Shown piece by piece: positions 51,700 through 64,000 of a stretch of 64,000 nucleotides of DNA (positions within the stretch are counted from its first letter, which is position 1; each line of letters opens with the position of its first letter). The notes under the pieces were generated by a model. That model was not told where the DNA came from. It was given only the letters and a program-made list of their open reading frames with translations, and made no database searches. The translations under genes were made by a program, and so were the position numbers. The DNA lies in contig PBCX01000008.1 of assembly GCA_002718035.1 (NCBI GenBank), forward strand, positions 27,824-91,823. The letters are read 5' to 3'. The stretch is from Flavobacteriales bacterium (GTDB lineage: Bacteria; Bacteroidota; Bacteroidia; Flavobacteriales; TMED113).

Positions 51700-52887
51700 A
51701 TGGCAAAAGAAAATTTTCAGCGTAGTAAGCCGCATCTTAATATAGGTACTATTGGTCACGTCGACCACGGTAAAACTACATTAACCGCAGCTATTACAAA
51801 AGTTCTTTCTAAAAAAGGTTTTGCAGAAGTGAGAGATTTTGATGCAATTGATAATGCGCCTGAAGAAAAAGAAAGAGGTATAACAATTAACACTTCTCAT
51901 GTTGAATATGAAACAGAGAATAGACATTATGCTCACGTAGATTGTCCTGGTCACGCCGATTATGTTAAAAACATGGTTACAGGTGCTGCTCAAATGGATG
52001 GAGCTATAATGGTAGTTGCTTCAACCGATGGTCCAATGCCTCAAACAAGAGAGCACATTCTATTGGCTAGACAGGTTGGAGTACCTAGAATGGTTGTATT
52101 TATGAATAAGGCAGATATGGTAGATGATGCTGAATTATTAGAACTAGTTGAGATGGAAATTAGAGAACTACTGAGTTTTTATGAATTTGATGGTGATAAT
52201 ACTCCAATTGTTACTGGTTCAGCATTAGGTGGTCTGAATGGTGAAGCTCAATGGGAAGATAAAATAATGGAGCTAATGGCTGGTGTTGACTCTTGGATCG
52301 AAATGCCAAAAAGAGATGTAGATTTAGATTTTTTAATGCCTATTGAGGATGTATTTACAATTACTGGTAGAGGAACAGTTGCGACTGGAAGAATTGAATC
52401 TGGGGTTATAAACTCTGGTGATCCTGTTGATATAATTGGTATGGGAGCAGAAAAACTTTCTTCAACAGTAACTGGTATAGAAATGTTTAGAAAAATTCTT
52501 GACAGAGGAGAAGCGGGCGATAATGCTGGTATTCTTTTAAGAGGGATTGAAAAAACAGATATAAAAAGAGGAATGGTAATTTCTAAACCAGGTTCTGTTA
52601 CTCCACATAAGAAGTTCAAAGCAGAGGTCTATGTACTTAAAAAAGAAGAAGGTGGACGTCACACTCCATTTCATAATAAATATCGTCCTCAGTTCTATAT
52701 AAGAACGACTGATGTTACTGGAGAAATTACTCTACCAGATGGTACAGAGATGTGTATGCCTGGTGATAATTTATCAATAACTGTTAATTTAATTAACACT
52801 GTAGCAATTAGTAAAGGAGTTCGTTTTGCAATTAGAGAAGGTGGTAGAACTGTAGGTGCTGGTCAAGTTACAGAAATAATAGAGTAA
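51700..52887 (+). CDS. tuf: Elongation factor Tu
   Basis: 395 aa. Motifs [18 protein letters not shown] and NKAD. Confidence 0.99.
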   Translation: MAKENFQRSKPHLNIGTIGHVDHGKTTLTAAITKVLSKKGFAEVRDFDAIDNAPEEKERGITINTSHVEYETENRHYAHVDCPGHADYVKNMVTGAAQMDGAIMVVASTDGPMPQTREHILLARQVGVPRMVVFMNKADMVDDAELLELVEMEIRELLSFYEFDGDNTPIVTGSALGGLNGEAQWEDKIMELMAGVDSWIEMPKRDVDLDFLMPIEDVFTITGRGTVATGRIESGVINSGDPVDIIGMGAEKLSSTVTGIEMFRKILDRGEAGDNAGILLRGIEKTDIKRGMVISKPGSVTPHKKFKAEVYVLKKEEGGRHTPFHNKYRPQFYIRTTDVTGEITLPDGTEMCMPGDNLSITVNLINTVAISKGVRFAIREGGRTVGAGQVTEIIE

Positions 52888-52914
52888 TAATAAGGAGAAG
52901 AATTCCTATCATTT

Positions 52915-52985
52915 ACGGGTATGGTGTAATGGTAGCATAGCGGTCTCCAAAACCGTTGATGGGAGTTCGAATCTCTCTACCCGTG
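52915..52985 (+). tRNA. tRNA-Trp (anticodon CCA)
   Basis: 71 nt. Acceptor ACGGGTA/TACCCGT, anticodon loop CTCCAAA, T-loop TTCGAAT. Canonical position between tuf and secE. Confidence 0.9.
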
Positions 52986-53002
52986 CTTGATAGAATAAAA
53001 TT

Positions 53003-53185
53003 ATGATTGAATATATTAAATCTTGTTATGACGAGTTGAGGAATAAAGTCTCATGGCCTACCCTCACACAGTTACAAGCTAGTTCCTTAGTAGTTGCTGT
53101 TTGCTCAGTTTTTATAGCAGTCATCATATATGTAATGGATACTTCTTCAAAAAAATTAATTGATCTATTTTTCAATTTTTTTTAA
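53003..53185 (+). CDS. secE: Preprotein translocase subunit SecE
   Basis: 60 aa with a single C-terminal TM helix. ...ELRNKVSWPT... Located between tRNA-Trp and nusG. Confidence 0.88.
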   Translation: MIEYIKSCYDELRNKVSWPTLTQLQASSLVVAVCSVFIAVIIYVMDTSSKKLIDLFFNFF

Positions 53186-53194
53186 AATATAACT

Positions 53195-53761
53195 ATGGCA
53201 GAGAAAGTAATTAAAAATAAGCTAGATTTTAAATGGTACGTTGTAAAGTCTATTTCTGGTAAAGAACATAAGACCAAGCTTTATATTGAAAAAGAATTAG
53301 CACAAAAGAAAATGGAAAAATACGTTTCAGAAATACTAATTCCAATGGAAAAGATTTTTCAGATTAAAGATGGAAAAAAAATTAGTAAAGAAAGAAGTTT
53401 TTTTCCAGGTTATATTTTAATTCATGCACACCTTTTTGCTGAACTAATAATAACTATTAAAAATGTACTTAATGTCATTGGTTTTTTGGGAGCAACAAGG
53501 GGAAGTGAACCACTACCTTTACGAAAAAAAGAAGTTAATAGAATACTAGGTAAAGTGGATGAGTTATCTAAGGAAGATGAACAAATAAATATACCATATT
53601 ATGTTGGAGAGCCAGTTAAGGTAACAGATGGTCCATTTAATGGATTTGATGCTGTTATTGAATCAGTGAATGAAGAAAAAAGAAAATTACAAGTAATGGT
53701 TAAAATTTTCGGAAGAAAAACAGCTTTGGAATTAAGTTATATGCAAGTTAAAAAACAATAA
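53195..53761 (+). CDS. nusG: Transcription termination/antitermination factor NusG
   Basis: 188 aa. NGN domain ([12 protein letters not shown]) and KOW motif ([21 protein letters not shown]). Confidence 0.95.
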   Translation: MAEKVIKNKLDFKWYVVKSISGKEHKTKLYIEKELAQKKMEKYVSEILIPMEKIFQIKDGKKISKERSFFPGYILIHAHLFAELIITIKNVLNVIGFLGATRGSEPLPLRKKEVNRILGKVDELSKEDEQINIPYYVGEPVKVTDGPFNGFDAVIESVNEEKRKLQVMVKIFGRKTALELSYMQVKKQ

Positions 53762-53763
53762 TT

Positions 53764-54207
53764 ATGGCAAAAGAAATCTCGGCTTTAATAAAGTTACAAA
53801 TTAGGGGGGGTGCTGCTAATCCTTCACCACCTGTAGGTCCCGCGCTTGGAGCAAAGGGAGTTAATATTATGGATTTTTGCAAGCAATTTAATGGTAGGAC
53901 CCAAGAAAAACAAGGGAAGCTTTTACCTGTTGTCATAACTGTATTTGCTGATAAGTCTTTCAATTTTATTATCAAAACTCCACCAGCATCTGTACAATTA
54001 CTTGAGGCATCAAAATTAAAAAAGGGTTCAGCTGAATCAAATAGAGTTAAAGTAGCTACTGTCACCTGGGATGATGTTAAAAAAATTGCAGAAGATAAAA
54101 TGGTTGACTTAAACGCTTTTAAATTAAGTTCAGCTATGAAAATGGTAGCAGGTACTGCTAGGAGCATGGGTATTAATATTAAAGGACAATTTCCCGAAGA
54201 TTTATAA
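53764..54207 (+). CDS. rplK: 50S ribosomal protein L11
   Basis: 147 aa. ...[29 protein letters not shown]... Confidence 0.98.
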   Translation: MAKEISALIKLQIRGGAANPSPPVGPALGAKGVNIMDFCKQFNGRTQEKQGKLLPVVITVFADKSFNFIIKTPPASVQLLEASKLKKGSAESNRVKVATVTWDDVKKIAEDKMVDLNAFKLSSAMKMVAGTARSMGINIKGQFPEDL

Positions 54208-54217
54208 AAAAAATATT

Positions 54218-54913
54218 ATGGCTACTATAAGTAAAAGAAAAAAACAAAGTATTGATATGTATGAACTAAATAACTTTCATTCATTGATTAGTGCTTGTAA
54301 AATCATCAAGGATATTAATAAAAACGCAAAATTTGATGAAAGTGTCGATCTAGCTATGCGTTTAGGTGTTGATCCCACTAAGCCAAATCAAATGATAAGG
54401 GGTATTGTTTCACTTCCTCATGGAACTGGTAAAGATGTAAAAGTCTTAGTGATTTGTGATGCTGACAAAAACTCAGAAGCTGAGTCTGCTGGAGCAGATT
54501 TTTTTGGTTTAGATGAGTATTTAGAAAAGATTAAAAATGGTTGGGTTGATTTTGATGTGTTAATTACAACACCAAATTTCATGCCTAAAATTGGGCCGTT
54601 AGGAAGAGTTCTGGGGCCAAGAAGTCTTATGCCTAACCCAAAAACTGGTACTGTGACAGATGATATTGGAAAGGCTGTAAAAGCAGTAAAAGCTGGAAAA
54701 ATTGATTTTAAAGTAGATAAACATGGTATTATTCATGCTTCATTTGGAAAAGTTTCTTTTGATTCTAAAAAGTTAATGGAAAACGCAAACGAGCTGATTC
54801 AAACCATATTAAAATTAAAACCAAATTCTTTAAAAGGAACTTATGTTAAAAGTATTTCAGTATCAAGTACTATGAGTTCTTCAGTTAAACTAGATTTGAA
54901 TAAGATAATTTAA
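54218..54913 (+). CDS. rplA: 50S ribosomal protein L1
   Basis: 231 aa. ...FDESVDLAMRLGVDP...RGIVSLPHGTGK... Confidence 0.97.
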   Translation: MATISKRKKQSIDMYELNNFHSLISACKIIKDINKNAKFDESVDLAMRLGVDPTKPNQMIRGIVSLPHGTGKDVKVLVICDADKNSEAESAGADFFGLDEYLEKIKNGWVDFDVLITTPNFMPKIGPLGRVLGPRSLMPNPKTGTVTDDIGKAVKAVKAGKIDFKVDKHGIIHASFGKVSFDSKKLMENANELIQTILKLKPNSLKGTYVKSISVSSTMSSSVKLDLNKII

Positions 54914-54917
54914 AAAA

Positions 54918-55538
54918 ATGAACAGAGAACAGAAAAAACAAATTATTGATGACTTATCAATTAAGTTAAAAGAAAGTAAAAATATTTATTTTGCAAAGAT
55001 ATCTGGTTTGAACTCTGTTCAAACAGCCTCATTAAGGAAATTATGTTTTGACAGAGAAGTATCCCTTTTAGTTGTTAAAAATAGACTTCTAAAGAAAGCC
55101 ATGGAAAGTCAAGATGATAAAGATTTCTCTTTATTTTATGATCTTTTAAAGGAAAATACATCAATAATGTTTTCAGAAACTTCCAATAATCCTGCTAAAG
55201 TAATAAAAGATTTTTTATCAAAAAACGATACTGAAACACCTCTTTTAAAAGGTGCTCACATAGAAAACGAAGTATATTTAGGTCATGATCAAATTGATAT
55301 TTTAGCTACTTTAAAATCTAAGGAAGAATTGATAGGAGATGTTGTAACATTATTACAATCACCAATTAAAAAATTGGTCTCTTCTCTTAACTCTTCATCA
55401 TCTAATATTTCAGGTCTTTTAAAGACTCTTTCTGAAAAATCTGAAATCGTAGTGAAGAAAGAAGAAACTAACACTGAAGAATCTTCTACTGAAGAATCTT
55501 CTAACGAAGAAACTTCCACAGAAGAATCTTCCACTTAA
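54918..55538 (+). CDS. rplJ: 50S ribosomal protein L10, with a C-terminal acidic Ser/Thr repeat tail of about 30 aa
   Basis: 206 aa. L10 core up to the L7/L12-binding helix region (...VVTLLQSPIKKLVSSL...). The tail is KKEETNTEESSTEESSNEETSTEESST. Confidence 0.93.
   Translation: MNREQKKQIIDDLSIKLKESKNIYFAKISGLNSVQTASLRKLCFDREVSLLVVKNRLLKKAMESQDDKDFSLFYDLLKENTSIMFSETSNNPAKVIKDFLSKNDTETPLLKGAHIENEVYLGHDQIDILATLKSKEELIGDVVTLLQSPIKKLVSSLNSSSSNISGLLKTLSEKSEIVVKKEETNTEESSTEESSNEETSTEESST
55473..55532 (+). repeat. Four tandem imperfect 15-nt repeats (ACT GAA GAA TCT TCT) at the 3' end of rplJ
   Basis: Read directly from the sequence. They encode TEESS/TEESS/NEETS/TEESS. Confidence 0.9.
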
Positions 55539-55578
55539 TAAAAAATTAATTAATAAATAACTATAAAACAATAAAAAA

Positions 55579-55962
55579 ATGGCGGACATAAAAAAAATAG
55601 CAGAAAACTTAGTTAATCTTACTGTTAAAGAAGTAACTGAGCTTACAGAAATTTTAAAAGATGAATATGGTATTGAGCCAGCTGCAGCTGCTGTAGCTGT
55701 TGCTCCAGCTGGAGGCGCTTCTGGCGACTCTGGATCAGATGAGGGTGCTAAATCAGAATTTGATGTTGTATTAAAATCTGCTGGAGGATCTAAACTTGCT
55801 GTTGTAAAGTTGGTAAAAGAATTAACTGGTAAAGGTCTTAAAGATGCAAAAGATTTAGTTGATGCTGCACCATCTCCTTTAAAAGAGGGGGTAGCAAAAG
55901 ATGAGGCTGAAGCAATGAAGAAACAACTTGAAGAAGCTGGAGCTGAAGTAGAATTAAAATAA
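55579..55962 (+). CDS. rplL: 50S ribosomal protein L7/L12
   Basis: 127 aa. N-terminal dimerisation helix, Ala-rich hinge ([13 protein letters not shown]), and C-terminal domain ...LKDAKDLVD... Confidence 0.98.
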   Translation: MADIKKIAENLVNLTVKEVTELTEILKDEYGIEPAAAAVAVAPAGGASGDSGSDEGAKSEFDVVLKSAGGSKLAVVKLVKELTGKGLKDAKDLVDAAPSPLKEGVAKDEAEAMKKQLEEAGAEVELK

Positions 55963-56039
55963 AATTTATACTTCTTTTTTTTAAAATTTTGTGTAATTAT
56001 ACTAGTATCATATTTACTGGTTGTTAAAAAATAGTACCA

Positions 56040-59000
56040 TTGGCAAAAAATAATAATTTTGAAAGAATAGATTTTGGTTCTTTCTCTGGAAAGTTACAAT
56101 ATCCAGATTTTTTAGGTATACAATTAGACTCTTTTAGAAAGTTTTTTCAGATAAACTCAACACCTGGAACAAGAAAAAATGAGGGATTGTACAAGGCATT
56201 TAGTGAATATTTTCCAATTAGTGATACTAGAAATCACTTTATACTTGAGTTTTTAGATTATTTTCTTGATCCGCCCAGGTATACTATGGATGAGTGTATT
56301 TCAGCTGGTTTGACATATAGTGTTCCACTTAAAGCAAGATTGAAGTTATATTGTACAGATCCTGAACATGAAGATTTTGAAACAATTATTCAGGATGTAT
56401 ATTTAGGAACAGTACCAAATATGACTGAGAGGGGTACTTTTATAATTAACGGAGCTGAAAGAGTTGTTGTTTCACAATTACATAGGTCTCCTGGTGTGTT
56501 CTTTGCCCAAAGTTATCATGCTAATGGAACTAAGCTTTATTCTGCGAGAATCATTCCATTTAAAGGGTCGTGGATTGAATTTGCTACTGATGTTAATGGT
56601 GCAATGTTTGCATATATTGACAGAAAGAAAAAGTTACCCGTTACAACTCTTTTTAGAGCAATAGGATTTGAGAATGATAAAGACATTTTGGAAATGTTCG
56701 ATTTGGCTGATGAACTGAAAGTAACAAAAGCTTCTTTGAAAAAAAATATCGGTAGAAAATTAGCAGCTCGTGTTTTAAGGCATTGGGTTGAAGACTTTGT
56801 TGATGAAGATACCGGAGAAGTTGTTAGTGTTCCAAGAACTGAGATTATCATAGATAGAGATGTAATAATTGAAAAAGAACATATTGATTTAATTTTGAAT
56901 TCTAATGTTAAATTAATTTTATTACATAAATTAAATTCTAACGCAGAGTTTTCAATTATTCATAAAACTCTTCAGAAAGATCCAACTAACTCGGAACTTG
57001 AAGCTGTCGAACATATTTACCGACAATTAAGAAATGCTGAACCACCTGATGAAGAAACAGCTAGAGGAATTATTGAAAAACTTTTCTTTTCAGACACAAG
57101 GTATAATCTTGGAGAAGTGGGTAGGTACAGAATTAATAAAAAATTAAATATAACTGATGGAAGAAAAGACCTTGTTTTAACCAAAGATGATATTACTCTT
57201 ATTGTAAAACACTTAATAAAACTAGTTAATTCAAAAACTGAAGTTGATGATATTGATCATTTAAGTAATAGAAGAATAAGAACTGTTGGAGAACAATTGG
57301 CTAATCAATTTGGAGTAGGTCTTGCACGAATGTCTCGTACAATTAAGGAAAGAATGAATGTTAGAGACAATGAAGTTTTTACACCAATTGATTTAATTAA
57401 TGCAAAAACATTATCTTCTGTCATTAATTCATTTTTTGGAACACATCAGTTGTCCCAGTTCATGGACCAAACAAATCCTTTAGCAGAAATTACTCACAAA
57501 AGAAGAATGTCGGCTCTAGGTCCTGGAGGTTTGTCTAGAGAAAGAGCAGGTTTTGAAGTCAGGGATGTTCATTACACTCACTATGGAAGACTATGTCCAA
57601 TCGAAACTCCGGAAGGTCCAAATATTGGATTGATTTCTTCATTATGTGTTTTTGCGAAAATTAACAAAATGGGTTTTATTGAAACCCCATACAAGGAAGT
57701 TAATGATGGTAATGTAATTGAAAAACCTGTTTTTTTAAGTGCTGAAGAGGAAGAAGACAAAATTATCGCACAAGCTAATGCAGATTTAGATAGTAATGGA
57801 AAGATTTTACAGGAGAGAATTAAAGCAAGAGAAATGGGTGATTTTCCTATTGTTGAGCCAAAAAAGATTGATTTCATGGATGTTGCTCCGAATCAAATTG
57901 CTTCAATTTCTGCATCTTTAATTCCTTTTTTAGAACATGATGATGCAAATAGAGCTTTGATGGGTTCTAATATGATGAGGCAAGCTGTTCCTTTAGTAAC
58001 TATGGACTCTCCAATAGTTGGAACAGGGTTAGAAAAAAATATAGCTCTTGACTCAAGAATGTGTATCAGAGCTAATGGAAAGGGTATTGTGGAATACGTT
58101 GATTCTAAAAAAATAATTATTAACTATCATTTGAGCGATGATCAAAAATTAATTTCTTTTGATGAAGAGCTAACTACTCACAGTCTTACAAAATTTAAAA
58201 AGACTAATCAAAATACTTGTATAAATTTAGTACCTATTGTTAAAAAAGGTGATAAAGTCTTCAAAGGACAATTTTTAACAAGTGGATATGCAATTGATAA
58301 AGGAGAACTTGCACTTGGTAAAAATTTAAAGGTCGCTTTTATGCCTTGGAAAGGCTATAATTTTGAAGATGCAATTGTTATATCAGAGAGAGTTGTTCGT
58401 GATGATGTATTTACTTCAATACACATTGATGAATATTCTCTTGATGTTAGAGAAACAAAATTAGGTGCTGAAGAATTAACTCCTGATATTCCAAATGTTA
58501 GCGAAGAAGCGACAAAAGATTTAGATGAAAATGGAATGATTAGAATTGGTGCTAACATTTTACCAGGAGATATATTAGTTGGTAAAATAACACCAAAAGG
58601 TGAGTCTGATCCTTCTCCTGAAGAAAAATTATTAAGAGCTATTTTTGGGGATAAAGCAGGTGATGTGAAAGATGCATCTCTTAAAGCACCGCCTTCACTG
58701 AAGGGTACAATTATTGATAAAAAACTTTTTCAAAAGTCTATCAAAACAAAGAAGCAAAGATTAGATGACAAAACTTTACTTAGTGATCTTGAAAATGTTT
58801 ATAATAAAAAATTTAATGATCTAAAGAGTCAGTTAATTGAAAAATTATCCTCTGTTCTGAACGGAAAAACTTCTCTTGAAGTAAAAAATTTAGATGATGA
58901 GATAGTTATCTCAAAAGGAAAGAAGATAACTCTAAAACTATTAAATAATATTAATGATTTTTATTTGGTAGAACCTTTTGGATGGGTTAATGATAAAGAT

Positions 59001-59843
59001 ATTGATAAGATAGTTGGAAAAATTATTTTAAATTATAACAAAAAGTTTGCTAAATTAAATTCATCTTTTAACAGAGAGAAATATAAAATAAAAGTCGGTG
59101 ATGAGTTACCAAGCGGTGTTTTAAAATCAGCTAGGGTTTATGTTGCTAAAAAAAGAAAACTTAAAGTCGGTGACAAAATGGCTGGTAGACATGGTAACAA
59201 AGGTATTGTTGCTAAAATAGTTAGAGATGAAGATATGCCATTTTTAGAAGATGGAACTCCTGTTGATATTGTTTTAAATCCACTAGGTGTACCATCTAGA
59301 ATGAATTTAGGTCAAATTTATGAAACAGTTCTTGGTTGGGCTGGAGAAAAGTTAGGTATGAAGTTTTCAACTCCAATTTTTGATGGAGCAACAATTAATG
59401 AAATTAATGATTACACTGAAAAGGCAAAACTTCCTAAATATGGTCATACTTATCTCTATGATGGAGGAACTGGAGAAAGATTTGATCAGCCTGCAACAGT
59501 CGGGATTATTTATATGTTAAAATTAGGGCATATGGTAGATGATAAATTACACGCTAGGTCAATTGGTCCTTATTCACTTATTACTCAACAACCACTTGGG
59601 GGTAAAGCTCAGTTTGGAGGTCAGAGATTCGGTGAAATGGAGGTTTGGGCTCTTGAAGCATTTGGCGCTTCTAATATTTTAAGAGAAATATTGACAATAA
59701 AGTCTGATGATGTAATTGGGAGAGCAAAAACATATGAATCAATTGTTAAGGGAGACCCAATTCCAGAGCCAGGTATTCCAGAATCATTTAAAGTTTTGTT
59801 AAATGAAATGAAAGGTTTAGGATTAAAATTAAAAATGGATTAA
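56040..59843 (+). CDS. rpoB: DNA-directed RNA polymerase subunit beta
   Basis: 1267 aa. ...[14 protein letters not shown]..., ...[15 protein letters not shown]... TTG start: the in-frame TAA at 56025 leaves no ATG or GTG upstream. Confidence 0.99.
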   Translation: MAKNNNFERIDFGSFSGKLQYPDFLGIQLDSFRKFFQINSTPGTRKNEGLYKAFSEYFPISDTRNHFILEFLDYFLDPPRYTMDECISAGLTYSVPLKARLKLYCTDPEHEDFETIIQDVYLGTVPNMTERGTFIINGAERVVVSQLHRSPGVFFAQSYHANGTKLYSARIIPFKGSWIEFATDVNGAMFAYIDRKKKLPVTTLFRAIGFENDKDILEMFDLADELKVTKASLKKNIGRKLAARVLRHWVEDFVDEDTGEVVSVPRTEIIIDRDVIIEKEHIDLILNSNVKLILLHKLNSNAEFSIIHKTLQKDPTNSELEAVEHIYRQLRNAEPPDEETARGIIEKLFFSDTRYNLGEVGRYRINKKLNITDGRKDLVLTKDDITLIVKHLIKLVNSKTEVDDIDHLSNRRIRTVGEQLANQFGVGLARMSRTIKERMNVRDNEVFTPIDLINAKTLSSVINSFFGTHQLSQFMDQTNPLAEITHKRRMSALGPGGLSRERAGFEVRDVHYTHYGRLCPIETPEGPNIGLISSLCVFAKINKMGFIETPYKEVNDGNVIEKPVFLSAEEEEDKIIAQANADLDSNGKILQERIKAREMGDFPIVEPKKIDFMDVAPNQIASISASLIPFLEHDDANRALMGSNMMRQAVPLVTMDSPIVGTGLEKNIALDSRMCIRANGKGIVEYVDSKKIIINYHLSDDQKLISFDEELTTHSLTKFKKTNQNTCINLVPIVKKGDKVFKGQFLTSGYAIDKGELALGKNLKVAFMPWKGYNFEDAIVISERVVRDDVFTSIHIDEYSLDVRETKLGAEELTPDIPNVSEEATKDLDENGMIRIGANILPGDILVGKITPKGESDPSPEEKLLRAIFGDKAGDVKDASLKAPPSLKGTIIDKKLFQKSIKTKKQRLDDKTLLSDLENVYNKKFNDLKSQLIEKLSSVLNGKTSLEVKNLDDEIVISKGKKITLKLLNNINDFYLVEPFGWVNDKDIDKIVGKIILNYNKKFAKLNSSFNREKYKIKVGDELPSGVLKSARVYVAKKRKLKVGDKMAGRHGNKGIVAKIVRDEDMPFLEDGTPVDIVLNPLGVPSRMNLGQIYETVLGWAGEKLGMKFSTPIFDGATINEINDYTEKAKLPKYGHTYLYDGGTGERFDQPATVGIIYMLKLGHMVDDKLHARSIGPYSLITQQPLGGKAQFGGQRFGEMEVWALEAFGASNILREILTIKSDDVIGRAKTYESIVKGDPIPEPGIPESFKVLLNEMKGLGLKLKMD

Positions 59844-59846
59844 ATC

Positions 59847-62800
59847 ATGAATAAATTCAGTAAAAATAAAAAAGTAACCAGCGATTTTTCTAAGATAACA
59901 ATTAGTCTTGCCTCTCCGGAAGATGTCTTGGAAGAGTCTCACGGTGACGTAACAAAGCCAGAAACTATTAATTATAGAACTTTTAAACCTGAAAGAGATG
60001 GTTTGTTCTGTGAAAGAATTTTTGGTCCCGTTAAAGATTTTGAATGTCATTGTGGTAAATATAAGGGGATAAGGTACAAGGGTATCGTTTGTGACAGATG
60101 TGGAGTTGAAGTTACTGAAAAGAAAGTAAGAAGAGAGAGGATGGGGCATATAAACCTTGTAGTACCTGTTGCTCATATTTGGTATTTTAGAACATTACCA
60201 AATAAAATTGGTTACTTATTAGGTTTGCCTTCAAAAAAGTTGGACATGATTATATATTATGAAAAATATGTTGTTATTCAACCTGGTAATGCTCTTGATA
60301 GTGAAGGCAATCCCTTACATAAACTTCAATTCTTAACTGAAGAAGAATATTTAAATATTCTTGATGAAATTCCACAGGAAAATGAATATTTAGAAGATAG
60401 TGATCCAGAGAAATTTATTGCAAAAATGGGAGCGGAAGCACTGCATGATTTATTGTCTAGAATTGATTTGTATACTTTATCTTGTGATTTGAGACATGCA
60501 GCAAATAATGAGACTTCGGTTCAAAGAAAAAACGAAGCTTTAAAAAGATTACAAGTAGTTGAAGCTTTTAGAAACTCTAATATAAGAATTGAAAATAAAC
60601 CTGAATGGATGGTTTTAAAAGTAATTCCAGTAATTCCCCCTGAATTACGTCCGCTCGTACCTTTAGATGGTGGAAGGTTTGCAACATCCGATTTGAATGA
60701 TTTATATAGAAGAGTAATTATTAGAAATAATAGACTTAAAAGATTAATTGACATTAATGCTCCAGAAGTTATTTTAAGAAACGAAAAGAGAATGTTACAA
60801 GAATCCGTGGATTCTTTACTAGATAATACAAGAAAGTCATCTGCTTATAAAACAGAATCTAATAGACCCCTCAAATCATTATCTGATGGTTTGAAAGGAA
60901 AACAGGGGAGATTTAGACAAAATTTACTTGGTAAACGAGTTGATTATTCTGCTAGGTCAGTAATTGTAGTTGGGCCAAATTTAAAAATGCATGAATGTGG
61001 TTTACCAAAAGATATGGCAGCTGAGCTATACAAGCCATTTGTGGTAAGAAAGTTAATCGAAAGAGGAGTTGTTAAAACAGTAAAATCCGCAAAAAAAATT
61101 ATTGATAGGAGGGAGCCTATTGTTTGGGATATATTAGAAAACGTAATAAAAGGACATCCAGTTTTATTAAATAGAGCTCCTACTCTTCACAGATTAGGTA
61201 TCCAAGCTTTTCAACCAAAATTAATTGAAGGAGGTGCAATTCAATTACATCCATTATCCTGTACGGCCTTTAATGCAGATTTTGATGGTGATCAAATGGC
61301 AGTTCATTTACCTTTAGGGCATGCTGCTGTTTTAGAGGCTCAATTATTAATGCTTGGATCTCACAATATATTAAATCCTGCTAATGGTTCTCCAATTACT
61401 GTCCCATCACAAGACATGATATTAGGTCTTTATTACATGACTAAGAAGAGAAAAAGTGATAGTAGCTTAAAAATGAAAGGCGAAGGGTATAATTTTTACT
61501 CTTCCGAAGAGGTTTTAATTGCATTTAATGAAAAAAAAGTAGACTTACACGCAATCATAAACTTATATTCAAAGAGTGTTAATCAAGAAAAGAATGAGTT
61601 TATAAGTACTACTGTTGGTCGAGTTATTTTTAATCAGGTAGTGCCAAATGAAGCGGGTTATATAAATGAGGTTTTAACTAAAAAAGCTTTAAGAGATATA
61701 ATTGGGAAATTATTAACTAAAACTACTATTCCTACAACAGCCGAATTTTTAGATAATATTAAAGAGCTTGGTTATCAAATGGCTTTTAAAGGTGGTTTGT
61801 CTTTTTCATTAGGCGATATCATTGTTCCAGATGAAAAACAAAACATGGTACAAGACGCTAGTTCAGAAGTAGATAAGATCTCTCAATCTTACAATTTAGG
61901 TTTAATTACTAATAATGAAAGATATAATCAGATTATTGATGTTTGGACAAAAACTAATTCATCATTGACTGAAAAAGCAATGGAAAGATTAGAAAACGAT
62001 AATCAGGGCTTTAACTCTGTCTACATGATGCTAGACTCAGGAGCGAGAGGGTCAAAGGAACAAATTAGACAGTTATCGGGTATGCGTGGATTGATGGCAA
62101 AACCGCAAAAATCTGGTTCATCTTCGGGGGCAATTATTGAAAATCCAATTTTATCTAATTTTAAAGAGGGATTGTCAATCTTAGAATATTTTATTTCAAC
62201 TCACGGTGCAAGAAAAGGCTTAGCAGATACAGCGTTAAAAACTGCTGATGCAGGTTATTTAACAAGAAGATTAGTTGATGTTGCACAAGATGTTATTATT
62301 AAACAAAAAGATTGTGGTACCTTAAGAGGTTTGGAATTAAAAGACTTAAGAAAAAATGATGAAATTGTAGAAAAATTATCTGATAGAATTGAAGGAAGAG
62401 TTTCTCTTCACGATGTTTATGATGAGGATCAAAATTTAATTGTAAAATCTGGAGAAGAGATTCAAAGAGTTCATGCTGAAGAAATTGATAAAAGTATTAT
62501 AGAGTCAGTGTGGGTTAGGTCAGTTTTGACATGTGAAGCCAAAGAGGGTATTTGTAGTTTATGCTACGGTAGAAGTCTTTCTTCAAATTCTCCAGCTCAA
62601 ATTGGAGAAGCAGTTGGTGTTGTTGCTGCTCAATCGATTGGTGAACCCGGAACACAATTAACACTTAGGACATTTCATGTTGGAGGTGTTGCTTCAGGAT
62701 CAGCTCAAGAATCTTCAATTGTAGCTAAATTTGATGGAACAATATATTTTGAAGAACTGAGGACAGTTAATATAGGGAGTGATTCTAAAAATGAAAAAAT

Positions 62801-64000
62801 AGTTATCGGAAGAACTGGTGAAATGAGACTTGTGGGGGGTAAAGATGATAGTATTGTTTACAATAATATGATTCCATACGGATCTAAAGTATTTGTTAAG
62901 AACAAACAAAAGGTTAAAAAAGGTGATATAATATGTCAATGGGATCCATACAATGCTGTAATTATTTCTGAAATTGATGGTTTAATAAAATTTGAAGACT
63001 TAGATGAAGGGATTACGTATAAAGTTGAAATTGATGAACAAACAGGTTTTAAAGAAAAAGTTATAATTGAGTCAAAGGATAAATTAAAAATACCTACTTT
63101 AAAAGTTGTTAAAGGTAAGGTTGAAAAGACAGCGAATCTTCCTGTTGGTGCTCATATAATTGTTGATCAAAATAAAAAAATAAAAGCTGGTGAAATTTTA
63201 GCGAAAATTCCAAGAAGCACATCTAAAAATAGTGATATAACAGGTGGGCTTCCGAGAATAACCGAGCTTTTTGAAGCTAGAAACCCATCCAACCCTGCGG
63301 TAGTTGCAGAAATAGATGGTATCGTTAGTTTTGGGAAAATTAAGAGAGGTAATAGAGAAATCATTATAGAGTCCAAGTCTGGTGAAATCAAAAAATATAT
63401 GGTTTCTTTGTCTAAACAGATCTTAGTACAAGAACAAGATTTTGTGAAATCTGGAACTCCTCTTTCTGATGGAGTAATATCACCTGCAGATTATTTATCT
63501 GTTAATGGAATTAAAAGTGTTCAGGAATACCTGGTCAATGAAGTTCAAGAAGTGTATAGATTGCAAGGAGTAAAAATCAACGATAAACATTTTGAGGTAA
63601 TAGTTCGTCAAATGATGAGAAAAGTACAAATTATGGATGCTGGAGACACAATTTTCTTGGAAGGGAATTTAGTTCATAAATTAAAATTTAAGAATGAAAA
63701 TGATTCTATTTATGGAAAGAAAGTTATTGAAAATTGTGGAGATTCTGATAAATATAAAGACGGTGATATAATTACAACTAGAAAATTCATTGATGAAAAC
63801 TCTTATTTAAAAAGAAATGATAAAAATTTAATGAGTGCAAGAGACGCCATGCCAGCTACTTCTAAACCGGTTCTGCAAGGTATTACTAGGGCATCTTTAC
63901 AAACTAAAAGTTTTATATCATCTGCTTCATTCCAAGAAACTACTAAAGTTTTAAATGAAGCTGCAGTTAGTGGAAAGGTTGATACTTTACAAGGTCTGAA
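59847..64000 (+). CDS. rpoC: DNA-directed RNA polymerase subunit beta' (3' end outside window)
   Basis: Not in the ORF track because there is no stop before the window end. My translation from the ATG at 59847 gives [27 protein letters not shown]...[23 protein letters not shown] (zinc ribbon). [12 protein letters not shown] lies near 61270. The frame still reads ...[14 protein letters not shown] at 64000. Confidence 0.97.
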   Translation, partial: MNKFSKNKKVTSDFSKITISLASPEDVLEESHGDVTKPETINYRTFKPERDGLFCERIFGPVKDFECHCGKYKGIRYKGIVCDRCGVEVTEKKVRRERMGHINLVVPVAHIWYFRTLPNKIGYLLGLPSKKLDMIIYYEKYVVIQPGNALDSEGNPLHKLQFLTEEEYLNILDEIPQENEYLEDSDPEKFIAKMGAEALHDLLSRIDLYTLSCDLRHAANNETSVQRKNEALKRLQVVEAFRNSNIRIENKPEWMVLKVIPVIPPELRPLVPLDGGRFATSDLNDLYRRVIIRNNRLKRLIDINAPEVILRNEKRMLQESVDSLLDNTRKSSAYKTESNRPLKSLSDGLKGKQGRFRQNLLGKRVDYSARSVIVVGPNLKMHECGLPKDMAAELYKPFVVRKLIERGVVKTVKSAKKIIDRREPIVWDILENVIKGHPVLLNRAPTLHRLGIQAFQPKLIEGGAIQLHPLSCTAFNADFDGDQMAVHLPLGHAAVLEAQLLMLGSHNILNPANGSPITVPSQDMILGLYYMTKKRKSDSSLKMKGEGYNFYSSEEVLIAFNEKKVDLHAIINLYSKSVNQEKNEFISTTVGRVIFNQVVPNEAGYINEVLTKKALRDIIGKLLTKTTIPTTAEFLDNIKELGYQMAFKGGLSFSLGDIIVPDEKQNMVQDASSEVDKISQSYNLGLITNNERYNQIIDVWTKTNSSLTEKAMERLENDNQGFNSVYMMLDSGARGSKEQIRQLSGMRGLMAKPQKSGSSSGAIIENPILSNFKEGLSILEYFISTHGARKGLADTALKTADAGYLTRRLVDVAQDVIIKQKDCGTLRGLELKDLRKNDEIVEKLSDRIEGRVSLHDVYDEDQNLIVKSGEEIQRVHAEEIDKSIIESVWVRSVLTCEAKEGICSLCYGRSLSSNSPAQIGEAVGVVAAQSIGEPGTQLTLRTFHVGGVASGSAQESSIVAKFDGTIYFEELRTVNIGSDSKNEKIVIGRTGEMRLVGGKDDSIVYNNMIPYGSKVFVKNKQKVKKGDIICQWDPYNAVIISEIDGLIKFEDLDEGITYKVEIDEQTGFKEKVIIESKDKLKIPTLKVVKGKVEKTANLPVGAHIIVDQNKKIKAGEILAKIPRSTSKNSDITGGLPRITELFEARNPSNPAVVAEIDGIVSFGKIKRGNREIIIESKSGEIKKYMVSLSKQILVQEQDFVKSGTPLSDGVISPADYLSVNGIKSVQEYLVNEVQEVYRLQGVKINDKHFEVIVRQMMRKVQIMDAGDTIFLEGNLVHKLKFKNENDSIYGKKVIENCGDSDKYKDGDIITTRKFIDENSYLKRNDKNLMSARDAMPATSKPVLQGITRASLQTKSFISSASFQETTKVLNEAAVSGKVDTLQGL

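Noticed and set aside
53748-54167. 139-aa minus-strand ORF
   Set aside because: It is antisense to rplK (L11), which is unambiguous. No start context or motif supports it.
59829-60176. 115-aa minus-strand ORF spanning the rpoB/rpoC junction
   Set aside because: It is antisense to the rpoC N-terminal zinc-ribbon region, which translates perfectly on the plus strand.

Overview
This is an AT-rich (about 30% G+C by eye), very gene-dense chromosomal segment. The gene content points to a Bacteroidota, Flavobacteriia-like bacterium with a streamlined genome: T9SS type A and type B C-terminal sorting domains, a fused SecDF, a Bacteroidota-type purM, a Na+-NQR operon, TAnnTTTG -7 boxes, and rpsU-xerC-tRNA-tuf synteny. 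I call 55 protein-coding genes and 4 tRNAs. By my own tally only about 1.7 kb of the 64 kb lies outside genes.

Gene order:
- M16 peptidase (5'-truncated), guaB, two SurA/parvulin chaperones, moxR
- On the minus strand: meaB, a fused methylmalonyl-CoA mutase, an ftsB-like gene, pruA and a DUF5103/T9SS-plug-like gene
- nqrABCDEF-apbE, then a small Cys-rich membrane ORF and murB
- Two glycosyltransferases, ftsE, gyrB
- A 1007-aa SprB-repeat/PKD protein with a type B T9SS sorting domain, mdh, and a 784-aa FG-GAP protein with a type A T9SS sorting domain
- secDF-tatA, glnII, a TPR/TolB-like/OmpA protein, purM, prfA, pyrF
- An APC permease-Usp fusion, a membrane-anchored RCK_C protein, an rfbD-like reductase, an AGCS symporter, an acyl-CoA dehydrogenase
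- rpsU, xerC-like recombinase, tRNA-Thr/Tyr/Gly, tuf, tRNA-Trp, secE-nusG-rplKAJL-rpoB-rpoC (rpoC runs off the 3' end)

I see no rRNA, CRISPR array, transposase, prophage or recognisable defence genes. This is an essentially core, housekeeping window, and I did not find a convincing new multi-gene system.

The most checkable leads are:
- The apbE reading frame is broken inside an A10 tract, directly behind an intact nqr operon.
- A 63-aa single-TM, four-Cys ORF lies tail-to-tail with apbE and may be an NqrM-like maturation factor.
- The methylmalonyl-CoA mutase is a MutA-like/MutB fusion with meaB overlapping its 3' end.
- Ribosomal protein L10 carries a tandem-repeat acidic Ser/Thr tail.
- Several transporters have unusual domain architectures.
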